A DNA stretch of 63,983 bases, filler included, from Basidioascus undulatus (lineage: Eukaryota), in assembly GCA_000826855.1 (NCBI GenBank). It is 3 parts of 3 records of this genome, joined end to end, with 100 filler letters (N's around TTAATTAATTAA, not from the genome) between each part and the next. Parts side by side here need not be neighbours in the genome. Positions count along the whole stretch, not along the records: positions 21,879 to 43,625 come from JTLS01000321.1; 2 more parts are not named here. The stretch is one strand, 5' to 3'. Positions 25,134-38,126 of the stretch are shown here, in pieces. Under the pieces are notes generated by a model. It was not told where the DNA came from. It searched no databases and saw nothing but the letters and a program-made list of their open reading frames with translations. The first letter of the stretch is position 1; each line of letters begins with the position of its first letter. The translations under genes were made by a program, and so were the position numbers.

Positions 25134-25696
25134 GGCAGACCACAGACCCCTGACAATGCAGGCAGGACTGAGGACGTAATTCTCTCTTGATTCCAACCTT
25201 CTATATACTTTTATGGATAAACACATCTCCAGCTTATCTCGAGTGATGGGCAAGCCAAGCAGCAGCTTAATTGCAGTGCGCCTGGGCAGTGCATAAGACC
25301 GAACGCAATGTCCTGCACGTATGACTATAGGGGCTCACAATCACATTCTCTAACAACACATTTAACTTTCAAACCCCAAATCACACTAGTATATAGAGCT
25401 GAAGGACCGGCACAGCGCAGTGCACTCACAGCTCAAGAAGAACCGGCTGTCAAGTCGGCGATCCCTCAGGGTTTAAGACGATACGAGCTGGGGTCGGAGA
25501 GTGGGCCATCAAAGTGTCTTTAATATACGGTCTAAATGTGGACTATGAGAAAAGGTAGAGAGTGAGAAGAGCGACAAGCAAGTGAAATAGTCAAGGAAGG
25601 TGCGCAGTGCGAAGACACTGAAGCGGCGCGTCAGCGGGCGCGCTCGTCGCTGCGCTGGTCAGCCTCCGACCATCATCTGCTGCCCACACGCTCGCC

Positions 25697-26674
25697 ATGC
25701 ACAACACTGTCGCGCGCTTGAACTCGCTGTCGGCGTTCGCGACGTCGACGCTGATGGTCCTCCTGGCCGCTATTGCGTTCACGAGCCTGGTCAGGCCTGC
25801 GCCGGCGCTGGACGGCCGGGTGGACGTGAAGGGACTGAACGTGTGCGTGCTGGCTAGTTGGCTCAAGCCCCCCTGGAACTAATGGAGGCAGCCGTTGGAC
25901 AGCGTGATGGGTCGGGCCAGCCCGTATGCTCGGAAGGAAGAGGAGTTTGTGTTTGCGAGGTTTGACGTCGACGCAGGTGCGCTCGCTTGACCTTCCACGT
26001 CAACCTGGCATGCCTCACCTGGAGAGCTGACGCGCCATCTCTCTGCAGACGTTCGCCCGCTCTTCCAAGACTGGAACACGAAGCAGGTCTTCCTGCACCT
26101 GACTGCGGACGTCGTTCGCGATGGGGTGCGTCCAGCCGCTCACGAGCGCTGCATGGTCCAGACGCGGCAGCTGACGGCGTCTGGCTTGGCTGTCACTCCT
26201 CCACTGAGCAGAAGCCGTCCAGGACGGTGCTGTGGGATCGTATTGTGAGGAGGAAGGCGGACGGGCGGGTGAGGATTGAGGGGGCGAAGAACAAGTACTC
26301 GTGGAAGGGCGGGGACAAGGGTTTCCGGTGAGTCTGAGCTCTGAGGGCTACGTGGGAGCAAGACTCGCTTGGCAATTTTGGCGGCGCTTTCGGTGGGATG
26401 TGTGGCATCGCCAAAGAACGCCGTCGGGACCGCATCGGGCGAGACCCACCCGCCGCTCGCTCGCTGTCCTCGGCCCGCTCCTCGTTCTGATGCACTGCCG
26501 TCCTCAGCCATACTGACGCCCTTCGATTGCCCCCCAACCCACAGCAACGCCCAAAACGTCACCCTCTCGCTCGGGTACGACATACAGCCTTACGTGGGCA
26601 TCTTGCAGAGCGGGGTCGTCGCGCGCACGTCAACGCCTGTTGACCTGCCGCCGGTCAAGAGGGGGGTTGCTTGA
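25697..26674 (+). CDS. SPC3: Signal peptidase complex subunit Spc3 (SPC22/23)
   Basis: MHNTVARLNSLSAF followed by a transmembrane segment, FDVDADVRPLFQDWNTKQVFLHLTA, VLWDRIV, KNKY and YDIQPYVGIL. Confidence 0.93.
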
Positions 26675-28309
26675 TCTCATTTCCGGGCTGACCATGGGCT
26701 TTTGTCATTCTCCGGTGGTCACATGAAGATATTGATACCCGCTTCAATGCGCCACCACGCGGCAGGACGCTTCCTGCGTTTACTAGCTACTGTGGCTCGA
26801 TATCTGACACTTTAAAAATTGGGCGGAACTCTTCGATCACACACAAGTTCCAGATGTTGCTAAACGCACACGGCATGTCCCTCCGCTGCCCCACTTCCTC
26901 TGGACCACCTGTACATGCGCCTCCATCAGCGCGACTGTCATTTCCTTGGGAGTGTCGAAATCCGCGCATGTGAAGGCTTGTCCAAACCTCATGTATTCCA
27001 TCCACGATGGGCAAGCCCAGCAGGAGGGTCCCGGTACGCAATGCGGGCAAGGGGCAATGACCATCACCACGTCCGTCTGCGGAAAAGAGGACATAACAGA
27101 CTTTCAGAGAGTCGTCCGGGAGTCTTCTACCTGTTGCGCAATCCGCCTCGGCTTGAAGTGAAGGAGACCCATTAATAAAAGAAGGACTAGAAACTCCTGC
27201 AGCTGAGCAGGGGTGCACCAGCTTCGCGGCGAATGTAATGCGGTCTGGGACGAGTCGACGACGACCCGTCGACCATGAGGTGGTAGGGTCATCGTCCGGC
27301 ACCTCAGCCTGCTGCATGATTACACTGCTGTGTAAAAAGTCGGAGGCGCTTGTGCATACGTCAATTATGTATATCGTAATAACCGCGCTCCTCCCCAAGC
27401 GCACTCACCATCCCCTTAACCATCTCGGCAACCCCCACGACAACGCAGAGCTGTTTATCCACGACAACATCGCATCAAAGCAACTTTTGCTTGCACCTCG
27501 GGTACTTTTTGCCAAAAATTAATCTGAGTCCTCCGCGTACTGAAGTAACCAAATGATTATTCTTTCAAGCTTGTGCGTGTATCCGACATCCACGAGCTTT
27601 TCTGAATCATGCTAGGGTCGACACGAGGCGGGGCGTGCTTTTCCGATACAGGTGTTGAATATACCTCACAGGTGAGGAGACTAAGAAAAACTCTGGCTTG
27701 CGCTATCTCATCGGGCAGCTAGTCTAGCTGAGGGAAGGCAGGCTGCCAGGATAGAGTCGTCAGCGCCAGAGAGTGTCGTGTAGGCTCGCACAGGAAGGAT
27801 TTGCTAAGCACATCGTTCCGTATGCTGAAACTTTAACATAATGGAAATTAAGGTATCAGAAAAGGACTGGTATATTCAGACTTGTAGCGTGAGGTATCAC
27901 CGGTGTGTGACCACGACCACAGCCGTGTCCGCAGCCAAAACACACACAAAACATCGCGCCTGCTTTAGTCTTTCTCTTTCTGCCCACAAGATCATAAAAG
28001 GATCAAATTTCCTCTCGTTTTTCAATCGCTTGATGACACCTGGTGAGAATCTGTCGCCGCATGCCCATGAAGACTGGTGCTGTCCCCAATCGGCCGTGGG
28101 ATCTGCTCGTGTTGGCGAAAGAGACAATGTGGCTGTATTTCATGAATCTATTGTAAAGGGTTCGTTACATAACCCTCCGTTTGGGCGAGCATCCGCATAC
28201 CGCGACCGCCGTGCGGTCCGCGCTTCCTCGATCTACATGCCCTCAGATTGCCTTGTGATCACCTTGAACCTTGACTGACACCTTCCTTCTGCTCGTCTGT
28301 CTGCTTCCA

Positions 28310-29645
28310 GAATCGACACGCTCACTGCTCTAGCACTCATTATGGGTCTGTACTTCGAACCTGGGCTTGATCCTGCAGGTCGCTCTCTATGTCGCAGTCG
28401 GCGCCGCACTCACCGCGCAGTTGTCGTTACGCATCTGGCTCGCCGTCAGCAAGCCCTGACCAGCCCCAGCAGGGGAGCTCTGAGGCGGAAAAGATGAGTA
28501 ACATCATGTCTTTCTTCCTGTATTTTTCTATGTGTACGACGTACTGGGTGCTCGACAACTTGATGCCTCATTGCTATTCTGCCATGATTTTCGGGTTTGT
28601 CGTGGTGAGTTGGTCGGTCGTTTCCGGGCAAATGTGACACTAATAGTATATGGAAATGGATATGTTCAGTCGCTCATGCTGCGCTACGGCCTCGGGGAGC
28701 TCTTGGTGCCCAGCGCAACTACGCTGCCATTACCCGCCGAGCTGACGGTCGTAAGTGCTTTGTATTTGTTTCATCAAAGACACCTCGCTTGGGTTGCCCG
28801 GCTATCTGCTCTGCTCTACTTGGCGACTCTCAGCGACGCGGTCGCCGTTGTCTGGGCCGCAACAGCACAGCCCGACAGCATTATCTATCCTTCCATCGTA
28901 CTGTTATGTGTATTGTTCAAGGTCGGGAGCAGCTTCAATCACATAGTCAGCTTCGAGGAGGCCCTCGAGAACTTGCTCTCTGGGATGGTTCGTCCCCCCG
29001 TGCTGTCATCTGCGTAGAAGTTGGCCTCTCACGCTCATACGGCCTGCACCTTCACAGAGCTCGCAACTAACCATATTGTATGCCGGGACTAAAACTCTCG
29101 AGCTCGTCGCACTCAAATTGGGGCCTCGGCCGCCTATGTGCGAGAGGCGTCCGGCGACTTGTTTATTCAGACTCTCTTCTCCCAGCTTCCCTCTTCGGCG
29201 ACCTGGCGAACGTCCCTGCATTTGCCTACCGTCTCAACTGCCACCTCGCAGGAGCTCACACGCCCCCTCCACGTCTCCTCCGTTTCGAGAAGAGGCTGCA
29301 GAACCACCCGGCCGACACCGGCGTCGCTGTCCAAATTCCCCCGTGGCTGCCAATCGACCGCTCCCTTCGCTTTCCTTACTTTTTCACTGTGATTCTCTTG
29401 ACAATATGGCCTCTGCTCACCTCGGCCTCCATTACCTGTTCGACAGCGCCAGGACGCTCTCGCTCAGTGCGTCCATCGTGGCTATGCCATTTGTAGGCGT
29501 CCGGCTCGCAGTCGCTGTGTACCTTCGGGGGGAATGGGAGGTTGTGTGGGCCTACAGCGAGGAGTGGAAATGCCATCGTCGAGGTTCCGAAGTCTTGAGG
29601 TGGTCCTACAGCTCACGGAGACGACTGGGGCGGGAAGACGTTTAA
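28310..29645 (+). CDS. Possible multi-exon membrane protein, perhaps degenerate
   Basis: Several hydrophobic exon-like segments bounded by GT/AG signals. No family recognised; the most hydrophobic early frame contains stops. Confidence 0.25.
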
Positions 29646-30430
29646 TGTCGGGTTTCTCTTCGTGTTGACCTTTTGTTCCGGAACTCGCACCGTTGCACGA
29701 GCGTTTCATTTGTATCGCATTCTTTTTCGCGCATATGCTTTCAGCAATCGTTTATCTTCGTATGCAGGTGTTTTACTCTGGCCTGTTGCTGGACCACCTG
29801 GGTAAGGCACGACAGGGCTCTTTCAAGCACGGTCGCTAGCTGATTCTCCGCCAAGACGCATAACAGTGAAGATACACTTCGATCCTTGCCCAAGCGGTTG
29901 TGCAACTGATACATTGTTTAAGGGTGAACTATTTTTTAAAATTTCAGCATATTCAACACGGAATGCATCACATTTGTTCCAACGACAGGGACGCAGTCAT
30001 GCAGCGAAGCCCTCTCGATTCAAGTGCAAATGTATGCATTATCCACCTCAGTACGCTCCCTACCCTGTCTACGGCGCAATGATATTGCTCCCAAACCCAT
30101 GAACAAGCACGTCCCGCATCGTCAACGCCCAGTTCGTCTTAGCTCCCAGGCTGTGAGACGCGGGGTGGGAAATGATGACGAGCCACTCCTCGAACCACTT
30201 CTCCTTATTCTTATACGCCTGGCGGGCACAGCTACTACGCCAATCCGTTTCAACTCTCCTCCCTTTCTGGTGACTGGCAACTTACACTGTTGTGTTGCTC
30301 ATATTTTATCGCGCTTGCCAGCACATCCCCTGATCAAAGAGTTGTTCATTCCATTTCGCACTCATTCTGCTACATCAATGGCATAGGCCTCTCCAGGTTA
30401 TCTCGGGTGGTGTGAGCTCCAATAAAGGGC

Positions 30431-30921
30431 TTAGTTGCAGTGTGCCTGTGAAATACCCATTGCCAGTCAGTTCAGAAGTCGACGCAAGCTGTACCAGAAG
30501 AGTTTCCACAGCACGCACCGACTGGAGGGCCTCGGCGTTGGCGACGTCTCCCGGGCACTGGGACTCGATGCAGCTCCGGGCGGCGTCCTTGAAGGGCTGG
30601 GAGCCGCAAACACAGCCGAAGTCGGTGCTGAAAAGGGGAGGTCATCAGAATCGAGTGTCGGCGACAGGTCGTGGAACAGGAACGCAGGAGCGGACTCACA
30701 TCGCCGAGCAGCCGCCAGCGGAGAGGGAGGACTGGAAGCAGTTCAGGACCTGGTTTGGAAGAGGATATGCATGTTAGCCAGGCTCGGAGACTTAGATAGC
30801 ACAGTGGATAGATGGTGGTGTGCAATTAACGAGAACTTACGCAGACGGTCGGGGCCTGAGCGGAAACGAGGGCCGGGAGGAGGGCAAGCGCGCCGAGGGG
30901 GATGAGGCGGGTGAACTGCAT
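30431..30921 (-). CDS. Small secreted stand-alone CFEM-domain protein (~90 aa, 4 exons)
   Basis: Signal peptide MQFTRLIPLGALALLPALVSA, then PTVCVLNCFQSSLSAGGCSAITDFGCVCGSQPFKDAARSCIESQCPGDVANAEALQSAHCN*: eight Cys in CFEM spacing. Confidence 0.88.
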
Positions 30922-32401
30922 TATGATGAATGGAGCTGAGAGTAGAGGGTGGTGGGTGTAATGTTCTTTTCGGTTCAACGAGTAGGACGCTGGTTGAGAA
31001 TAACACGATCTTCCCCTTGCAGCGTCTGGTTTTTATGTGCTCGCATTCTCCACCCGCGAGCACTCACTGCTCCCCTCCCCCGGACCCATGACCAGCTGCC
31101 CACCGCTCCCATCGTCACACGGCCAACACGGCCACCAAAAGGATGAATTATTACGGCAAGTCCACAATGTCGAGGAGGGTCTGTGCGGCATATACCTACG
31201 CGAACAACCTGCAGGAGGAGGAGCGCAGTCGGATTGTTGCTAATTTCGCAGCAGTCGCATGACCACATACTATATTAGCGAGAAAGAGTCGCCCTCACCT
31301 ACCTTTGGCGTTTTCACATGTTGCTTTCCACTATCCAGCCCATGGTCTGAGGGAGAATGAACCTGCATATGAGTGCCGGTAACTGAGCAGCCCGGGCGGC
31401 CATGGCGGCACGGAGGACGGAGGACGGAGGGCCGAGGAAGTTGCAGGTGATCATCATCATCAATGAATGGTCTGGGTTGGCCTTGGTAGTTGCAGGAGGA
31501 ATAAGGGGCATTAATGCACAGCTCCATTTGATGGATCCACACTGAAGAGTTTGTCCGTTGGAACGATGGTAGGAAGACCTTCCGTTTGCAGTGCACACTT
31601 GATCCGAGCCTCCTCATGTCTGCATATCTCAACGACCCAGAGATGGTGCTCATCATTTGAACCGTGTTATTTTGTGCATCAAACATGAGCTGTACACGTG
31701 ATGATCATTCTAGGCAGCTTCTCTTTTTTTGGGACGCGCTGTCGAGTTAACCACGGTTGAGGAACTGGAGAGATCCACCTATTGCTACCTCCTCCGCCAT
31801 GCTAACTGTGCAGACATATGTGAATAAAAGCGGAGTGAATGTACCAAATATTGTGTCTTAGACGCGTACCTACGGGGAGCAATAATTGCGTGAAAGGTGA
31901 GCCGCCAAGTCGTCGACAATTGCAGCTGTCCAGCCACATTGCAAGAGCAACGTAATACGCCGATGCAGGAGGATCAGCCAGGTTGTTGTTCTTGGGCTCA
32001 ATTGTTCTCCAAGAAGTCATATCTAGAATAAACTTCCTGTAGGTATACGTAAACGGAAGGGCAGAGGCTCTGATTTCCCGCATCACGCACACTGGCACTC
32101 ACTGCGACAGTGGCTGCGCTGGGAACGACAGACTGTGACTCTTGGTAGAATTCATCGAGATCGACTCAATCTTCTGGAGCAGCTTTGCCCATAGGAGGCA
32201 CGCAAAAGACCGGAGAACCTGTATTACTTTAGCATGCGTCGTGAATAGCACGGACTCCAGTGCCGCACAAGGTCGCTCGACTCATCTATCGCGTTACTTC
32301 AGAACTCACAGCATGGACATGGCGGCTCGTGAAAAGGGAAGTCGATGAAGGGTGCAAGTGCACATGAACCGACTTGTTAGACACTCCAAGCCTGCTCAGG
32401 G

Positions 32402-33019
32402 ATGCCGGCAGCCGAGCAACCTCGCAGCGCACCGATACCCTTCCTCGACCCATCCAACTTTCTGTCCCTACCCACCCGGCTTATGCCAGAACCCCCTCCA
32501 CAAACTCCCCCCCGACCACGCTCACCATTCACCCGGCATGCGCCCAAGCCGTGGTGGGCCGCCTGGGACGCGGTGCTGCGCAAGCTGCACGCTGAGCGGA
32601 ACCGGACCCGGCGGAAGCTGCAGAAGCTGCGTACGCCTGAGGCGGAGCTTGCGTACAAGCACGCACGGAGAGAATGGAAGGCGGGCGTGCGGATGGCTAA
32701 GAGGAATTTTGAGCGGAAAAGGGAGGAGTGGAGGGAGAGTCTGTTGAGGGAGGAGGGGCAGGAGGACGAGCGGGAAGACCTCCGGCAGGAGGAAGACGCG
32801 CGCTCCTCGCCTTCTCGCCTTCATCAATCCGCCGCCGCTGACGCCGCTGGCGCCAACGTCGACGACGAAGACGCCTGGTTCATTAACGCCCACGACGGCG
32901 GCGACAACCTCGACGATCCTGACGACGAAGACTCAGACGACGAGAGCCTCGCGCGCCTACATCAGCGTCACCAGCAACCCTCGACCCCGACGCGCCTGGA
33001 CGCGCCGCCCCTCCATACC
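32402..33019 (+). CDS. 206-codon in-frame upstream extension of PAN2 containing a LINE-ORF2-linker-like helical domain
   Basis: Open frame with no stop before the PAN2 ATG; coding-like codon use; KPWW..LRKLHAERNRTRRKLQK..YKHARREWKAGVRMAKR followed by an acidic tract. Confidence 0.55.
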
Positions 33020-36000
33020 ATGGCTTCCTCCTGGCACTTTCAGGCGCTCCTCCCGCCGTACACCCTGCCCGCCCCCATCACCGCCCTCGCATTCGACCCG
33101 TACTCGGAGCTTCTCTGGACGGGCAACGCGTCGGGACAGGTCACGTCTCTCTGGTCCGCCGCGCAACCGACGCGCTACACGAGCTTCAACGCGCATCGCC
33201 CGTCGCCCGTCAAGGAGCTCCTCGTCGATGACCGAGGCGTTGTGAGCTTGGGGGAGCGGAGCGTGAAGGGGACGAAGAGGACGGGTGTGGGGCGGTGGAT
33301 TTTGAGGTGAGTCTTGCTTGACAGTCCTGCGCAGGCAGTGGCAGGGCAGTGCAGACGCGGTAGTTCGCTGTCGCTGTATTTTGCTAGGCGGCGTAGAGCA
33401 AAGAATTTTTCATGCCTGATAGTTCCTTGAACTGACCCGTATGGTGTCTCATTTTCTTCAACCAGCGAGCCCCGATTCTCCCTCAACTCCATGTGCTCCC
33501 AGCCCCGCTCCTCCGAAGTCGTCGCTGGCGGCGCGCAGCTTTCCCTCGTCGTAATCAACACCAACAGCGGTAGCATAGTCCGCAAGGTAAACATCTCCCT
33601 TTCCTACACCAGTACCCTAGCTCGTTCTTATCGACCTTCCCCTCCCCCCTGCGCAGGCCGACGTCACGTCACCTCTCCTCTTCCTCCAAGCCGGCCCGCG
33701 GAACTCCGTGATCTGCGGCCATACAGATGGAAACATCTCTTTGCGCGATACACGCACAACCATGAGCGCGCAGCACACCGTCCAGGCGCACCGGGACGGC
33801 CTGCTCGGGCTCGAGTCGAGCGGAAACCTGCTCCTGAGCTGGGGGTGCACGACTCGGTGCGTTTCCGACCCCTAGCGCCGTGTTGTTTAGCTGCTAACCT
33901 CACAAGGTCGGATGGAACCAGACTCGGTCGGACAGTCCCGGATCCCCTCGTTAAGATCTACGACGTCCGTACGCTCAAACCCCTCGCACCCGTCTCGTTC
34001 CCCTCTGGCCCGGCGTTCGTCCGCGTCCACCCCCGCCTGTCCACGACCATCGTCGTCGCGGACATGCACGGCTCGTTCCAGGTAACGGACATCAGCATGC
34101 CTGGTCCGGCGAGCTACCATCAGGTGAGGAGCATTCGTTGTGCGGTATTTCAGAACGATGTTGAGGAGAAGACCGGGGATACAGGTCGAGCTGCCTTCGT
34201 ACCTCACCTCCATGGCGATCAGCCCGGCGGGCAACCACCTCGCGTTCGGCGACGCAGACGGTCAGATCCACCTTTTGACGGACCTCGACCCAGAGCATGA
34301 GCCGGGGACGTTCAACCAGTTCGAGGGACTCGAGCCCGAGTGGCCGGACGTGCCGGAACCCCTTCCGAACGTTGACTGGAACGCGCGAACGTGCGTTTTC
34401 TTTGGTGTCCCCATGGTCCCTGGTGTTTTCCTGACGCTCTGCTGTATTCCTCGCCACCCAGTCCCCTCAACTCGATCGGCATGCCGTACTACAACGCGCC
34501 GCTCCTCTCCTCCATGCCCCTGCACACGCCCTTCCCCGACACCTCCCCGCTCTTCAACCCGGCCCCGCCGATCCCGCCCATCGTCATGTCCAGCCTGCGC
34601 ACAGGCGACTTCCCCGCGAACGCGCCGAACCCGATCGAGAACCGCGGGCGGCGCAACCTCGCGTACCGCCGCCCGGGCAAGAGCGGGAATCCCGGCACGG
34701 GGAGGAGGAACAGCGAGCCGCGGTTCAGGAGCGAGCAGGCCAAGGAGCGGATACGGAGGGGAGGCGTTATGGAGGAGGAGGATCAGGTGAGTGCCCACAA
34801 ATGTTTTCGCCCGAGCGAATGGCACGCTGACTTAGCGTGCTGTTTAGGCCGATTCTGCGCCCGCTGCTCCGGACAGTCCGAGCGCTGTACACTTCACAAT
34901 GCCAAAGCACTACCGCAAGGTCGAGATCAAGTACTCCAAGTTCGGCGTGGAAGACTTCGACTTCGGGTGCGCACTTCTCTTCCAGTTTACTTGTCTCTTG
35001 TTCGCTCAACTTCCACTCTTCTTCTCTTTCCAGCTTCTACAACAAGACGCGCTACAGCGGACTCGAGACGCACATAGCCAACTCGTACACCAACGCGCTC
35101 CTACAGGTCCTACATTATACCCGCCCCATCCGCGCAGTCGCGACCGCGCACATCGCGCTCCCCGACCCGCGCGAGAACTGCCTGCTGGCCGAGGCCGGGT
35201 TCCTGTTCCGCATGCTCGAGGACGGGAAGGGCGTCAACTGCCAAGCAAGTAACTTTTCGCGGGCGCTGTCGTCTGTCCCGCAAGGTGCGTCTTCCGTCCA
35301 CGCCGCCATCGTTCTGTGGGCGGTCGGCTGACGAGGGTTGATGTGATAACGTGGTGCGCAGCCAAGGCGCTCGGACTAATTGACTACGAGAGCGACGGCG
35401 AGGCGCCGTACGGGAGCATGATCCAGAACTTCAACCGCTTCCTGCTCGAGCAGATGGCGGTCGAGAGCGCGGCCTTCCAGCCGAGCCCGCACCTCATCCG
35501 CAACGACGCGCTCGAATCTCGCCCCGCGTCATCGCCCATCACTCAAGTGCTCGGCATCGAGGCGACCACCGTCAGCTCGTGCACAGACGGGTGCGGCACG
35601 CAGGCCGTCCGGGACGGTACGACCCACGTTGTCGACATGATGTATCCGCGCAAAGTACGCATGGCTGGCTGGGTCCGGTGGGCATTATTCATGGAGGACG
35701 CAGCTGACGCCCGACGGCATTTGCGCAGACGCTCTCGAACGAAGCGCCCCTCCCCACCGACTTCTGCTCCATCCTCCGCGCCTCCATCATCCGCGACAAC
35801 TTCGCCAAGCACACCTGCCCGATCACCAAGCGCTACGTGCCTCTCCACACGCGCCGCATCCTCACCTCCCCCGGCGGACACCTCCCGCCCGTGATCGCGA
35901 TCAACGCGGCCGTGCACACGCCCGAGCACCTCGGCGTCTGGCTCAACCCAGCCAAGCCGCCCAACGCCAGGCCCGAAGACACCGCGCCCGCGTCATTCTT

Positions 36001-37822
36001 GCCTACCTGCATCGGCATGCAGAGGCTCGAGGACGACGTGGTCGTTACGGCTAAGGAGCACTTGTTCCACAAGGATACGCTCGTTTACCACCTCCGAGTA
36101 TGTCGAACCGGCTAGAGAGCATGTTCGGGGTGCTTGGTGTGCTGACGCTGCGGCATTTATGGTCCAGGCTGTCATCGTGCAGATCCAGTCGGAGCGCGAG
36201 CCAGCCCACCTGGTGTCCATTGTCCGCAGTGCGTCGAGCGCCAAATCACTCTCCTGGATATGCGGCTCATTCCTCTTTGCTCTCCAGTTCCCGACGACCT
36301 CCTTCCCGAGAACGCGACCAGCCCGTGGTTCATCTTCAATGACTTCCTCGTCCGCAACATCAGCGAGCGCGACGCGCTGACGTTCACAACTTGGAAGGTA
36401 TGCTACGCTGCTCGTCCGATATGCTCGGCTCACCCACGCTAACCGACCATTCGGCCTCGCGCAGGTTCCGTCTGTGGTGTACTATGAGCGCTCCAACTCG
36501 CAGGAGGTTCTCAACTACTCAGCCCTGCCCAGGGGCATCGACCCGTCCATCCTCTACCAGGATTTCTCCATTTCGTGGTGCGCTGGATCCTGTTCTTGAA
36601 GTAGACTGCTTGTGGACGCTGACGGGGATGTTCAGGGATCGGGACGAGTCGCTTATCAAGCACGAAGTCCTCGGGCCGGACGAGGTGCCGGGCAAGGGCA
36701 CGCTTGTTGCGATCGATGCCGAGTTCGTTGCGATGAACAAGGTCCGCCACGCTGACTTGCTGTCAGTATCTGCAACGACTGAGATGAACGTTTGAACGTC
36801 TGCAGGAGGAGGTCGAATTCCGCTCGGACGGCACCAAATCGGTTATTCGTCCTTCGCGCCTCTCGCTCGCCCGAGTGTCCGTCCTGCGCGGCGACGGTCC
36901 CAAGCAGCGCGTGCCGTTCATCGACGACTACATTCATACAAGCGAGGCCGTGGTGGACTACCTCACCGAGTTCTCCGGAATCAACCGTACGTCCTGCAGA
37001 GTGTGACGTTTGGTCCACAGATACTGACGCGGGGGCTTTTGCGCAGCGGGTGATCTGGATCCCAACACTTCGCCGCATACCCTCGTTCCGCTCAAGGTCG
37101 CGTATCGAAAGCTCCGCCTGCTCGTCGATCTCGGCTGCGTCTTCGTCGGGCACGGTCTGGCGAAGGACTTCCGCATCATCAGTACGCCAAACTGTCCTTG
37201 TGATCTTGCCGGTCGTTGCTGAACCCTGCCTTTCTCGCCAGACATCTACGTCCCGCCCGAGCAGATCATCGACACAGTCGACCTCTACCAGAAGAAGGGC
37301 AACCAGCGCAAACTTTCGCTCCGCTTCCTCTCCTGGTTCCTCCTCAAGCAGGACATCCAGCAAGCCTCGCACGACTCGATTGAGGACGCGCGCTCCGCGC
37401 TCCTACTCTACAAGATGTACAAGGCGTTCGAGGCAGACGGCCGGCTCGACGATGTGCTGGACGACATTTACGCGGAGGGGCGGAGACTGGTACGCCCTCC
37501 GCGTTGCACATAACCGCTGTTGCCATTTTGCTGACTTTCGTATCTCTTCGAACAGAACTGGAAGCCTCCAGCACCGCACGTCCCGACGACAGCCGAGATC
37601 CTCGCCACGCCGTCCGCCTTCCCTCCCTTGCCGACCACCTCGCCTCGACAACCCCCCCGCCTCGTGACACCGTGGCATCAGCAGCCCGGCAAGCCCGGAA
37701 TGGCGATGGACTCGCCCATGTCCATCGCCTCGCCCCCGCTCGCGCCGACGCCCGGGTCCGAGGCATCCGCCTGGGCACCGAGGCCTCCCGGCACTGGCTC
37801 TGTGGGGCCTTGGCGACCTTGA
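33020..37822 (+). CDS. PAN2: Poly(A) nuclease catalytic subunit Pan2 (WD40 + pseudo-UCH + DEDD exonuclease), many exons
   Basis: [121 protein letters not shown]. Confidence 0.97.
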
Positions 37823-38126
37823 CACCGCGAGAGATGACTTGGACTGTTTTGCTTCGTCTGTTGTATTGCTAGCTTGATTCATTGAGCATTATGCATCGCT
37901 GTCTATCCGTGGGCGGGTTTGCCGGTAAACGGCATGGCGAGTTTGTCGAGAATCGGACAGAGAACGGCGGTCTGCGCCGGCGCACCTTACGGCTACTGTG
38001 TTGGCCACTGTCGCTTGTAGACTTGCGAGGCACAGCGTTCTGAATCACAAGTCCGCCAGCTGGCAATCGATGCACACGCTCGATCGTCAAGTAATACCAG
38101 AAATGACTGTCCTCTCAAGCAACACT

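Noticed and set aside
25385..25430. Helitron 3' end (CTAGT plus GCAC..GTGC hairpin)
   Set aside because: The hairpin is weak and too far from CTAG; no matching 5' end or RepHel gene is visible.
31270..32100. Possible decayed gene or transposon relic (similarly 12900-13800, 26787-27404, 61700-63400)
   Set aside because: No recognisable motif or consistent reading frame, so I cannot support a call.
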